A stretch of 64,000 nt of DNA from assembly GCA_026770705.1 (NCBI GenBank), contig JANJGN010000005.1, positions 185,318,001 through 185,382,000 on the forward strand, written 5' to 3'. The notes under the pieces were generated by a model. It worked only from the letters and a program-made list of their open reading frames with translations, searched no databases and was not told the DNA's origin. The translations under genes were made by a program, and so were the position numbers. The DNA comes from Isurus oxyrinchus. Taxonomy: Eukaryota. This document shows positions 37,785-49,928 of this stretch, in pieces (the first letter of the stretch is position 1; the number at the start of each line of letters is the position of its first letter).

Positions 37785-38375
37785 AGGTTGTACAGAACCT
37801 TGGTGAGGCCACAGCTGGAGTACCGTGTGCAGTTCTGGTCGCCACATTATAGGAAGGATGTGATTGCACTGGAAGGGGGTGCAGAGGAGATTCACCAGGA
37901 TTTTGCCTGGGATGAAACATTTAAGTTATGAAAAGAGGTTGGATAGACTTGGGTTGTTTTCGTTGGAGCAGAGAAGACTGAGGGGCGACCTGATCGAGGT
38001 GTACAAGATTATGAGGGGCATGGACAGGGTGGATAAGGAGCAGCTGTTCCCCTTAGTTGAAGGGTCAGTCACAAGGGGGCATAAGTTCAAGGTGAGGGGC
38101 AGGAGGTTTAGGGGGGATGTGAGGAAAAACTTTTTTACCCAAAGGGTGGTGATGGTCTGGAATGCGCTGCCAGGGAGGGTGGTGGAGGTGGGTTGCCTCA
38201 CATCCTTTAAAAAGTACCTGGATGAGCACTTCACATGTCATAACATTCAAGGCTATGGGCCAAGTGCTGGTCAATGGGATTAGGTAGTAGGCCAGGTGTT
38301 TCTCACATGTCAGTGCAGACTCAATGGGCCGAAGGGCCTCTTCTGCACTGTGTGATTCTGTGATTTTGTGATTCC
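37785..38375 (+). mobile_element. CR1 LINE 3' end (relatively young)
   Basis: ORF 37864..38283 reads VQRRFTRILPGMKHLSYEKRLDRLGLFSLEQRRLRGDLIEVYKIM..FFTQRVV..WNALP. Tail (TGTGATTY)n. Confidence 0.92.
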
Positions 38376-38764
38376 GGTGAGCAGGGTTTATAATGAGAAG
38401 TTAAAGAATTGAAATTAAGTTCCTGACGTGCGCTGGTGGAAACGTGACCCACCATTGATGGGTGGAGCGGACAATCGTAAACCAGTTTCACGACGGCGCC
38501 AAACCAATTTTTGGCCTTCTTGCCATATTGTCCACTTGTGTCTGTCCTGACGCCCGCTGCCATTGGGGCCAGACCATTCCGCCCATTGTTTTCTGCTGGC
38601 CTCTGTTCCAAAATAGGTAACTGGGGATGGAATCACCAGTTCATCCATTAAGGTAAAATGGTCAGAAATGGTGACTGGAGAACTGGAAAAAATCCTACCA
38701 CAGTCTATCTGTCCAATGGATCAAATTTAAATTAACTTAAAGGGTTAAAGGTTTCTTCCAGAGG

Positions 38765-39110
38765 ATTATATGTCAAGAGAATGAAGGGGTTTGAAAGGCT
38801 TCCATTTGTGGGTGCGACCAAACCTAGTGTCCTTAAATGCAAGATAAAGATAACTACTAAATTCAATAGGGAATTCAGAAGAAAATTATTCGTCCAAAGA
38901 ATGATAAGGATGTGTAACTTGCTAGCACATGGAGTCTTTGAGGAGAGCAACACTGGTGCTATTTAAGAAGAAGCTAGATAAACGCACAAGGGAAAAAGGA
39001 ATAGAAGGTTATGCTGATGGGATTAAATGAAGGGAAGTGGTTGGAGCCTCATGTCAAGCATAAAACCCAGTTGGGCCAAATGGCCTGTTTCAATTCTGTA
39101 AACTCAATGC
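38765..39110 (+). mobile_element. CR1 3' fragment (old)
   Basis: FRRKLFVQRMIRMCNLLAHG and 'ttgggccaaatggcctgtt'. Confidence 0.7.
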
Positions 39111-39336
39111 AAATGAAAAAATTCACTTGGATGATTTTGGATAAAGAGAAGCTTTTCCTTAGCCATGTGGTCTTTTCATTTAATGGATAAAAAGGAGTAA
39201 TTCTCAATTAAATTAAAAATACTTTTATTTCTCATGTTACCGTATAATTACTCCCGAGAGATATTTAGGGCGATGAACAAGCGTTTGTTGCTCACTTGTG
39301 TCAGCTGGCTCATTGGGCAGTGTTCTTTCAATCATA

Positions 39337-39975
39337 GGCCTGAGTTTCTCAGTCGGTGTGCGGGGACGGGGCCTGATGTGTGACGTTTCATTCAGTGGGC
39401 GCACACCGGAGTCGGCTGCGCACCCGCCGATATGTAAATGGCCCATTAAGGCCAGTAACGAATTAATTAATGCAATTGCTAATGCTGCCCATCAACCAGA
39501 GGTTGGCCGGTGGGCGAGAAGGCCAAGCGGCCTTTACATTTTTTTACGAGCGGGATGAGATTTCCCCGACGCTTTTATTAATTAAATTAAAAATTTCTCC
39601 GAAATATAAAAACATGTCCCATCTCATGTGACACAGTCACATGTTCAATTAAGTTTTCAATCCAATTATTTGATCACTTCAAAAGAGCTTCAATCTCCCT
39701 GAGGCAGCTCCGGGCCTCAGGGAGATCGTAGCGCTCTCTCGCGTGCATGTGCGAAAGAGCAGTGTCCGACTCTCCCTCCTCCCCCCCCCACCCCAACCCG
39801 CACAGGGAGCGCTGAGCGCTATGGCTGGCGTCTTATGCTGGGCGGACCTTAATTGGCCCGCCCGCGTAAAATGACAGCGCCAATCGCGGGCGGCAGTCAT
39901 CTCTGCGACCGTCCCCGCCCACTCCCGCCAAGCCCCCCCCCCCCACCCCCACCCGCCGACTGAAAAATTCAGGCC
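39337..39975. mobile_element. Harbinger-type MITE family A
   Basis: TIRs GGCCTGAGTTT (39337) and AAATTCAGGCC (39975), flanked by ATA and TTA. Confidence 0.78.
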
Positions 39976-40714
39976 TTAGAATTTTTCAGGACAGAAGGAG
40001 GCCACTCAGCCCATTGAGTCTGTGCCCGACCAGAAGATTCCGACCCTGGTTCTCTTATAAATGATCTGAAACCTGTGTCTTCTGGTCATTGGCCACCTGA
40101 CAGTGAAAACATTTTCCCACTCATTTATCAAAACTCCTTGCAACTCTGAGCACCTTATATTATAAATCTCCCTCTAAACCTTCTCTGCTCTAAGGAGAGC
40201 AATCCCAGCAATCCACATCACTGAAGCCCCTCAATGGTACCAACCTTGAGGACGTTCGCTGACATGAGGCTCCACAAATGTTGTCGGTCGTCTGAGCCAC
40301 TGGATTGTGGTTTCAATGATATAGGAAGACACTCCAGGGAAGTGTTGAGGTACAGGTAAGTGCCACTGCCTTGATCACATGCTGAATTGAGCCCTATCTG
40401 CCCATTCTAAAGGCTCAGTTGGATATCAAACCTCCCACGACGTTACTGAACGAGGGCAAAATTCTCCTGGTGTCCCGACCAACATTCTGCCTTCACCTCA
40501 AATCACAAAGAACAAATGAGCTGCTAATTCCTCTCATTCCTTGCCTACATCTCAACAGTTAGTGCACACCAAAGTAAGTCATTTAATATGAAGCACGAAA
40601 TGAAATTTTCCGGCCGACATGATAAGACACTAAAGCAAGTAAGCCTTTCCACTACAAAAACAGAATTACCTGGAAAAACTCAGCAGGTCTGGCAGCTTCG
40701 GCGGAGAAGAAAAG

Positions 40715-40753
40715 AGTTGACATTTCGAGTCCTCATGACCCTTCGACAGAACT
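40715..40753 (-). ncRNA. Hammerhead-like motif (CUGUCGA core)
   Basis: Minus strand reads AGUU CUGUCGA A GGGUC AUGAG GACUC GAA AUGU C AACU. Confidence 0.55.
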
Positions 40754-41277
40754 TGAGTGAATCCAAGGAAGGGGTGAAATATAAGCTGATTTAAGGTGTT
40801 GGGGGGGGGGGTGGTGGGTTGGGTGGGGGGAGAGAAGTGGAGGGGGGGTGGTGTGGTTGTAGGGACAAACAAGCAGTGATAGAAGCAGATCATCAAAAGA
40901 TGTCACAGACAACAGAACAAAAGAACACATAGGTGTTAAAGTTGGTAATATTACCTAAACGAATGTGCTAATTAAGAATGGACGGTAGGGCACTCAAGGT
41001 ATAGCTCTAGTGGGGGTGGGGGGATCATAAAAGATTTAAAAATAATGGAAATAGGTGGGAAAAGAAAAATCTATATAATTTATTGGAAAAAACAAAAGGA
41101 AGGGGGAAACAGAAAGGGTGTGGGGATGGAGGAGGGAGTTCAGGACCTAAAGTTGTTGAATTCAATATTCAGTCCGGAAGGCTGTAAAGTGCCTAGTCGG
41201 AAGATGAGGTGCTGTTCCACCAGTTTGCGTTGGGCTTCACTGGAACAATGCAGCAAACCCTTTCTTGGATTCACTCA

Positions 41278-41316
41278 AGTTCTGTCGAAGGGTCATGAGG
41301 ACTCGAAACGTCAACT
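41278..41316 (+). ncRNA. Hammerhead-like motif (CUGUCGA core)
   Basis: AGUU CUGUCGA A GGGUC AUGAG GACUC GAA ACGU C AACU. Confidence 0.62.
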
Positions 41317-44099
41317 CTTTTCTTCTCCGCCAATGCTGCCAGACCTGCTGAGTTTTTCCAGGTAATTCTGTTTTTGTTTTGGATTTCCAGCATCCGCAGT
41401 TTTTTTATTTTAAGCCTTTCCACTAGATTGGTGTACCTTTCACCTATTCAGCACCTTACTGTTTGAGATGCTGAATCCACATTAAATAGCTGGATTACCA
41501 GCAAACCTCCTCTTGCCCGTATTACATTTAAACAAATGTATCAGTTGCCTGACACTAAAGAATTTTGTGGAATTTTGGGGTTCTTGCCAACAGCCACTGG
41601 ACACCAGAACCTGAATGAGATTACGGCTCAGACCCCAATCTTGCAGATGGCCAGCATTGAATGGCATGTGCTATATTTACAGCTGCCAATCAGATGTCAC
41701 TGAGGAATGCAGAGTGTAAACTAGGAAGTGTAAGTTAGATTGTTTAATTCAATATAAAATCATGCACAGAATGAGAAATTAAGAGTTGGGAATAAAGACG
41801 TGAATAAGAAAGAGAGAGATAAAAGAGAGAAAGAAAGTATAAAAAAATTACTTTAACTATTTCTTTTTCAATCTCCAACTATAATTAAAATCTTAAGGAA
41901 CGTGACTCCACACTTGTGAATTTCATTTTCAGTACTAGAAAGGTTGTTTGACAGTGGTTAAGACTTAACATGCCTTTAAAATAGTCGCTTACATTTGAAT
42001 GGGCTAGCCCTACTTTTTTCTGGCATTTTGAATGGCTAACCAGGGGGTAAGTACCAGAATTTCACCCCTTCCATGCATATGAATGCTGAATCTCTCAGCG
42101 AGATACTGGTGTGGTAAAGCTTGTGGAGGATGAGGGCAAATTGGCAGCAACTTCCTGACTCCCACCTTCAACTGAACATGTGTGGACACACGGTAGCTGC
42201 TGTTGAATGTACTCCATAGTCCTGGCAAGGCTGACAGCCTGACCATGATGTGCAAAATTCTGACTGTTGGATTGTGCCAATGAAGTGCCAATGCTGTTAT
42301 GGTAAACAATGCCACGTGTCCCTTATTTACATTCCTGTTAACCTGAATTTTAAATTGATTGCCATCACAGTGTCCCTTGCTCATCTTTTGTGTGCGCAGG
42401 TCCTAACTAAACAGGTTGTACCCCCTCCATTCAATGTGAAAAAAATGCTTCAAATGTTACTTTTTTGTGGTATGGAGCAGGAGCACATAAACATTTTGGT
42501 TTGTATATCGCATTGGATGCCTTCTCTCTGTCATTTGGCTTTGCCAATCACAAAGCCAAAGAGCAGAGGATTCCGTGGTTATCCATACTGAGTATAATTT
42601 ACACAAGCAATTGAGAGGGAAACACTAAGGACTGGGGAGGGAGGGTCTTAAAAACCCAAGGGGAGCAGCTAGATAAGCACATGAAGGGGTAAGGAGGAAG
42701 AACCATGTGCCGGGAGGGTGAGATAAAGTAGGATCAAAAAGGGCTCGTGTGGATCTTAAATGGACAAGTTGGGCCGAATGGTTTTATTCCGTGCTGTGCA
42801 TTTGATTTAATTCTAGGTAATTGGTCATGCTCAAAGCCAGCATTGGGACTCCAACAAGTTGCAAAGCTTTGGCTTCAGGGAGATCCCTTCACTCTTTTGT
42901 CACTAGATGAAGTTCCATTTCTCTATAATTAACAGAGAACATATCAAAGCAATCTCTAGAAACTGGGTGCTTTGTCCTCTGTAAGCACCGATGCTTAATA
43001 CAATGTTCGATTGATATCCTGGGTCCTTCACTCAATTACCTTCAGGTGTTGAGGAAGAAATTTCACAGGAGCTTTATCCACTCAGAAGTTTTACCTGTGG
43101 CTGTTCACCTTCCTCAGGAGATTAAATAAAGTGGAGAGAGCCCATGACAGTGCAAATTGTACAAGGTCTGTTGAGAGTTGAATGAGCTCAGAGGGCCAAA
43201 GGGTATTTTCCATGTCCCTACTTTATGACCTTAATAATAATTTTATGATGTTTCAGTCCGGTTTGGCTCATAACTTTCGCAAAATACCCAACGGGCTCAA
43301 GGAGGAGCAGAGGTGGTGGGGGAAAGCAGATTTTACAGTCTTACACACACAAAAAAAAAATCCTCTGTTTTTTGCAGACTTAATGGTCACTCTGGGACCT
43401 ATTTCCTGCTCTCGGTTAACTTTACCAGAAAGTTAGATATAAAGGTGTGCGAAACCCTTAAAAAATAACAACTGCAAATTGATGTCAGTGCTTTTTTCTT
43501 AAATAAAAGAGTTACTTCTGGTCTTTGAGGGTGACAAAGTAAGTGGATTAACCCATGTGTTTTCAGCACACCGATTTATACTCCCCACACAGTGGACCAG
43601 CCAATGAAATGGAAGAAGCAATAATCTTCAGAAACAATTGAAAACTACAATTAGGAGGAATTTAAACAGTTGAAATGGCACAGAGGGCAACTGTTGAGAA
43701 AGAAAAGTAGTCAGGATGATTATGCAGTGTTATGGATAAGAATGGTAGCTTTGTTGCTGAGGCACTTGATTCGCTACTTCCAGAATCTGGGAGATGGGGG
43801 AACCATGCTCGTGGCCAACTCTCTGGAGAAATCGATATGGTTAAGGAGGGAGTGCCAGAGCCAGCCATCAGTGTGCTAGCTATGGTCAACTTCCCTGCAA
43901 ACCCACAGCCCAAGTTAGTCTGGGGTCATTAGAATCACAGTGGGCTCTCCGTGAAAACTGGCTGCTCCCTAGCATCCTTAACATTCCACTTTTGCAAGAA
44001 CCTACCTCTGTTCCATGTGGAAGCCTCGCTTCCTGCCACCCCAGGAGTTGGCAGGGAACACAACCCGGCTGACTCCGTGTGCCCCGCAGCCATATCATG

Positions 44100-44717
44100 C
44101 TCAAATGAGCGTTAGGTGGCTCTAGGCGGGGTCTCCTGCCCTCACTTGGGAGGAAGTCCCGTCCTAGAGAGCTGTCAGCCAATCAGATTGGCTGGAAGTT
44201 CTCCAGCCCCTGAAGAAGAAATGCAGGGGGATGCCTGAGACTAAGTCCGGGCACCAGAGGCCCAGGTAAGTTCAAGGGGTCCGGAGCAGGGAGGGTAGGG
44301 AAGGGCTGGGGCGTGAAGAGGGCAATCGGTGCCTCGAGGGGAGGCTGGTGAGTGTCCAAAGGCCATCGGACTTTAAGGGGAGCGCGGGGGGGGTGGGGCG
44401 GGTGGGGAAGGCAAAGTCAGGCGGGGCTTCTGATGAAGGTGTCACCCACCCTTCCTGCCCGAAATGTAACTCTGTTGGTTTTCAGCCTTACCCCGTGCAA
44501 GTTCAATCCTCCCGCTAGCCTACAGATTTGAGGCTGTTGGGAAATGGCTCTTAAGGGCCTCAGTTGAGGCAAGGGCGGGCTTTCTATCCATGGCCTTGCC
44601 TGCCTCAGTGTAAAATCGCAGCGTGGGTGGGAACCCAGAGGGAATCCCGCCCCTTCAATTTCACACCCCCCTCCCCCGTCTAAAACCCGCCGGAGGGGGG
44701 GGCGTAAAATTCTGGCG
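44100..44717. mobile_element. GC-rich MITE-like element (family C)
   Basis: 'gaggaagtcccg..gagagctgtcagccaatcagattggctgg'; ends 'gtaaaattctggc'. Related to 58450-58925 and 63540-64000. Confidence 0.55.
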
Positions 44718-44909
44718 CCGGTTTCAACTACATGCCAGTGATAGAGAGCTATAATTTCAGATCCCCCGTGGCAAGTTGCTACCCTCACTGCCTTGCAAAC
44801 TACATTAAATTCTAGTTACACAGAAACATTCCTGTGATTTTTCCCTGTATTGCTATTAACCAGGCCATTAAAAGAATATATTATCAGAGGTCAAACAAAG
44901 TCATTTAAA

Positions 44910-45285
44910 GAAATAACTTGCATTTATATAGTGCCTTTCATTGCCTTAGGATGTCCCGAAGTGCTTTATAGCCCATGAAAAGCTTTTCAAAGTGTAGTTA
45001 CTATGGTAACAGGGGAAATGTGACAGCCAACTGGCAACGTCTTACAAAGAGCAACGTGATTATGACCACATAATCTGTCCTTGTGATGCTGGTTGAGGGA
45101 TAATGTTGGGAGAACTCCCCTGCTCTCCTTTAACAGTACCATGTGATCTTTTACACCCAAGAAGGCAGTTGGGGCCATTCACCCAACAAATGGGTACCTC
45201 CAACTGTGCAGCTCTCCCTCACTGCTGCACTGAGAGTGTCAGCCTAAATGTTCTGACTTCAACATAACAGTCCTACCGACTAAGC
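44910..45285 (-). mobile_element. DeuSINE/SacSINE1-like SINE
   Basis: Tail 'aacttgcatttatatagtgcctttca' and core 'acctccaactgtgcagctctccctcact'. Confidence 0.72.
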
Positions 45286-45342
45286 CCTATGTAAAGCCTG
45301 TCAAAAGTCTTATCTCTCACACTGTGGCATCTAGTTTATTAT

Positions 45343-45964
45343 GGGCAGAATCTTCGGCTCAGTGAGCGGGGGTGGGGCCCGGCTGCTGAAGCGTAAAATG
45401 ACACGCGGTGATGTCAGGCGTGCGTCATTCAGGTTTTCAGTTCGGCAGGTGAACACCCAAGTCAGCTGCCGAACTGTCAAAGGCCTATTAAGGCCATTTA
45501 AAAACTAACTGAGACACTTAACAGAGCTGTCTGTCCAAACTTAAGGTTGGGGGGGGGGCAGGCAAAGAGACCAGGCGGCCTTTGCATTTATCATGAAACC
45601 TCATCCACGGGCGGGATGAGGTTTCACAAAGTGTTTATAAATTGAGTAAAAATTTTCATTAAAGTGCATTAACATGTCCCAGTTCGCGTGACAGTTTCAC
45701 ATGAGGCAACTCTGTGCCTCGGGGAGATTTCTTATGCACGCAAAAGAGCGCAGGCCCCCGACTGAGAGAAACCCCCCACCACTACCCACCCCACCAGCCC
45801 CGCCCCCCCCCCCCGCCCACATGGGGAACGCTCAGTGCTTCCGGGTGCGCGTCACGCTGGGCAGGCCTGAACTGGACCGCCCACCTGAAATGGCGGCGCC
45901 CAGCCAATCACGGGTGGCGATCCCTGCACAGCACCGCCCCCACCGACAGGGAGAAAATTCTCCC
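45343..45964. mobile_element. Harbinger-type MITE family A
   Basis: TIRs GGGCAGAATCTT and AAAATTCTCCC; reverse-complement homolog of 1-638. Confidence 0.78.
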
Positions 45965-47844
45965 CTGTGAGTCGCTCCAATGCTTTTCTGTATTGGCTTT
46001 CTTGGTAAAGTATACCTTGCGTTTCTCATTCTTTACGTAAAGGCTTTTTTTTAATGATATCTCTTCCTTGATCTACTGTTTATGTTCAGGATTTGTCTTA
46101 CTTCTAACATTTAATTGTTTACAGGTAGAAAAGCCTTCCTTGCTCGAAACGTTTACTCTGTCTTTCTCTCCACAGCTGCTGTCGGACCTGCTGAGTTCTT
46201 TCCGGTAATTTTAGTTTTTTCTTTCAAAGAAACAGTGAGCTATGATTCTGTGGACTATCAAAGAAAAAAATCATCTAGCCCACTCTTTGAAAATGAAGAA
46301 AATATTGCCCACTTTCCCAAAGAAATCCCTAGTAGCTCCTTTACAGTGCTCTAAACAAATATGAAACAGAGCCACAGGAATCAATCAACCCGTGTCAGGG
46401 TAATCAAATTTCATAAGTAGAATATTATTGCTCCAATTGCTGTCGCATTTGATTTCATTTAGTTGGTTAATTCTATTCTCTTGTGTTCTTGGTTAGAGAA
46501 TGACTTTTCACTCAGATAATCTGTGAAGTATTTGAAATCTCGAGCAGTTGAAGGAAAATCGTTTTTTACATAAGCAACATCACTCACTGCTCACCGTAAG
46601 CTGTATTAAGATCTTTTCTGTGTAAGCCTTGCAGAAGCGGCCCTATTAACAGTAGGGATGCGGGGCTGTTTTTTTGGCTCCTTTGGCTGGTCAAGGGAAA
46701 CGCCAGATTGGTCAGAGAATTCAAACATTCCCAGTTGCAGATTGGTGAAAAGAGTCCTTGGCAAGGAAACATGAAATAGCTCATAGAACAAAATCGTTTA
46801 CTTTTTGCAACTGTGTGCTAGATGGCCTACATCTTGCACTACAATTCCAGTTGCATGTTTCTCTTTCCTCACGCAGTTTTCCGGGACATGTAAAGTGCCG
46901 CATTGTCTGTAAAGCCCTTTGAGATGTCCTGTGCTTGTGGAAGACACCTACAGTGCAAGTCTTTCCATTTTGTCTTTCTAATGCACCCTGGGTTACTGTA
47001 CTTTGAGCACTGGACAACCTGAAATCTTTCGAAAGGAAATTATTCTTTACAATTGCGTTTGATCTTGGCTTCTGCTCTAACCAGTAAGGGTGGCTGGATA
47101 GAGATGGTGATTGTGAGCCTTGGCTGATTCTGATGCTAGTTATCAAACCCTGACTGGTAACTCAGCAGCTAACTAACGATGAGTGCTGCTCTAACAATAC
47201 TCAGGAAGCTCAACACCATGCATGGCAAAGCAGCCTGATCGATCGGCCAACCCCCCACCCCCCCCACCCCCCAACAACAACCTTAAACATTCACTCCCTC
47301 CACCACTGGCACACAATGGCTACAGTGCGGACCATATACAGGATGTGCTGCAGCAACTCACTCCTTTCAGGTTTCAGAGAGCAATGGGGCCACAAAAGAA
47401 GTGAGATTTCGGAGACCAGATGGGCCATCAAAGCAGCGAAGTTTTTGAAAGCAGTGGGGCTTTTATGCAGTCTGTGGGTTCAGAGTTACGCTCCGAAACA
47501 AAAATTGAGGTGTGACATCAGAGCAGTGTTGTAAGTTAACTGGCTGGTGAGTATTGCCACTTCGGGACTAAGTCCAAACAACTGGCAGATTAAAAACTGT
47601 AAAAAACAAATCAGTATTAATAATAACTAACAAGTAAATAGATGGTGAGTCTTACCTTATTTTCAAGCAAGGTTTATTACAATATGTAAGGTGTGTTAAG
47701 TATTAGTAGGATTTATCAGTATTAGTTAGGTTGATTAATGGTAGTAAGGTTTATTAATAGCAATAGGGTTTATTAGTATTGGTACGGTTTATTAGTGTTG
47801 GTAAGGCTTATTAGCAATAGCAAGGTTAACTAATAAATAGAGAA

Positions 47845-48820
47845 ATGACAGGGCATCTTGTGCTATGTGGGAACTCCAGGATGCTACCTGTGTCCTGGAT
47901 AACCATTTGTGCAGGAAGTGGCAGCAGTTGCAGTAGCTTGAGCTCCAGGTTTTGGAACTTAAGCAACAGCTGATGTGAGTGTGGTGCTTGAGACTTTCTG
48001 GATACTGCATTTATAGATGAGATCACCCTGCAGCTTAAGACTATGCAGGGAGAGAGTGAAAGGGTGACCACCAGACAATGATAAAGAAACAGGCAGGTAG
48101 TGTAGGAGTCCCCTGAGTACATCCCACTCTCCAACCAGTATTCAGTTCTGAATACTGATGAGAGTGATGGTTCATGTGGGGAGTGCAACCAGAACCAAGG
48201 TACCACAGGTGGCTCAGCTGTACAGGGGGATACAAGGAAAACTGGAAGAGCAATAGTGATTGGTGATTCAATAGTTAGAGGAATCGAGAGGCATTTCCGT
48301 GGCCATGGACACGAATCCAGGATGCTGTGCTGCTTCCCTGGTGCCAGGGTCAAGGGTATCACTGAGCAGCCGCAAAGCACCCTGAAGGTAGATGGCAAAC
48401 AGCCAGCAATCATGGTCCACATTGATACAAACAACATAGGCAGAAAGAAACATGTGGTACTACAGTCAGAATTTAGGGAGCTAGGTAGGAAATTAGCAAG
48501 CAGGGCCTCAAAAGTATCAATCTCCGGATCACTCCCAGTGCCATCTACAAGTGAGTATAGAAATCGGAGAATAAAGCAGATGAATGCATGGCTGGAAAGA
48601 TGGTGCAGGAGGGAGAGCTTTAGATTCTTGGGGCATTGGGACTAGCTCTGGGGGAGATGGAACCTGTACTGGCTGGACAGATTGCATCTAAATAGAGCCA
48701 GAACTGAGTTCTTTGCAGGATGATTTGCTAGTTTTTTTTATTCATTCATGGGATGTGGGCTTTGCTGGCTGGGCCAGTATTTATTGGGGAGTGTTATCAA
48801 GAAGGGTTTCAACTAACTCA
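47845..48820 (+). pseudogene. CR1 ORF1: Cys-rich motif, coiled coil and SGNH/GDSL esterase (disrupted)
   Basis: CAMWELQDATCVLDNHLCRK..LELQVLEL. ORF 48256..48645 reads IGDSIVRG..CCFPGARV..VHIDTNNIG..NAWLERWCRRESFRFLGHW, followed by a D-x-LHLN motif. Confidence 0.85.
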
Positions 48821-49645
48821 GCAGGGGTGTGGGAACCAGGAGATAATATCAGAGAGGAATATCAAGGTGCACAGAATACTGGGAGAGATAGATTGCACTA
48901 GAATAAGGAATAGTAAGCGAATAGGTGGGTCAGAGTTAGGGAGAAAATAATAAAGTCTAAATCAGCATTACTACACATGTATGTGAATGCACAGAGTTTG
49001 GCAAATAAGATTGTGAATTACAGGTGCAAATTGCCATAAGGTTTTCGCTATAACAGAAACCTGGCTCAAAGAAAGGCAGGATTGTGTGTTAAATATTCCT
49101 GGATACAAGGTGTTCAGGAAAGATCAGAAACAGGGGGAGGATTGGCAGTATTGACTAAGGGGAGCATTGCAGTGCTGTAGAGAGAGGATGTTCCAGAGGG
49201 GTCAAGGACAGAATCTATTTGGCTAGAACTAAGGAACAAAAAAGGTGCAATTACATTGTTCAATGTAGTCTATAGGCCATCAATTAGTGGGAAGACGTAG
49301 AGGAACAAATCTGCAAGGAAATTACAGAGAGTAGTTATAATGGGGGATTTTAATTATCCAAACATAGACTGGGAAAGTAGTAGTGTAAAGGGCAGAGAGG
49401 GACAAGACTTCCTAGAGCGTGTTCAGGAGAATTTTCTAAGGCAGTATGTTTCCAGTCCAATGAGAGGGGATTTACTGCTAGACCTGGTTCTTGGGAATGA
49501 GGTGGGCTAAGTGGATCAGGTGTCAGCAGGAGAACAATTAGGGGACAGTGATCATTGTGTCATAAGGTTTAGGCAGTCTATGGAACAGAACAGTCCAGAA
49601 CAGTAAGAAAAATTAACTGGGGAAACCAACTTCAATGAGGTAAGA

Positions 49646-49928
49646 TAAAAGCAAAAAACTGCAGATGCTGGAAATCCAAAACAAAAATAAAAATAAAAAT
49701 ACCTGGAAAAACTCAGCAGGTCTGGCAGCATCTGCGGAGAGGAACACAGTTAATGTTTCAAGTCTGTATGCCTCTTCAACAGAACTAAGTAAAAATAGAA
49801 GAGAATATTTCACCTCTTTTCTATTTTTACTTAGTTCTGTTGAAGAGTCATACGGACTCGAAATGTTAACTGTGCTCCTCTCCGCAGATGCTACCAGACC
49901 TGCTGAGTTTTTCCAGGTATTTTTATTT
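49646..49928. mobile_element. Palindromic Penelope-terminus cassette inserted in CR1 ORF2, 15-bp TSD
   Basis: Two inverted PLE termini meet at ~49805-49812. TSD ttcaatgaggtaaga at 49631-49645 and 49929-49943. Confidence 0.9.
49833..49871 (+). ncRNA. Hammerhead-like motif (CUGUUGA core)
   Basis: AGUU CUGUUGA A GAGUC AUACG GACUC GAA AUGU U AACU. A more decayed mirror copy lies at 49748-49786 (-). Confidence 0.55.

Larger units (their letters stand above)
37230..38584 (+). mobile_element. Harbinger-type element with Myb/SANT-like exon, disrupted by a CR1 insertion
   Basis: Colinear with the reverse complement of 2003-3010 on both sides of the LINE; ends 'accattccgccc'. Confidence 0.75.
40655..41410. 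mobile_element. Penelope-like insertion with inverted termini and 15-bp TSD
   Basis: The minus part 40655-41256 carries the GIY-YIG C-terminus (LLHCSSEAQRKLVEQHLIFRLGTLQPSGLNIEFNNFRS*). A plus-strand terminus occupies 41257-41410. TSD taagcctttccacta at 40640-40654 and 41411-41425. Confidence 0.9.

Noticed and set aside
46120-46220. Another PLE terminus or hammerhead
   Set aside because: Only the 3' half (ctcgaaacgtttactc..gacctgctgag) is recognisable and the CUGA core is lost.
47665-47830. CRISPR-like or functional repeat array
   Set aside because: Degenerate AT-rich minisatellite in a CR1 5' UTR with no unique spacers; eukaryotic context.
47826-48437. 203-aa minus-strand ORF
   Set aside because: Antisense shadow of decayed CR1 ORF1.
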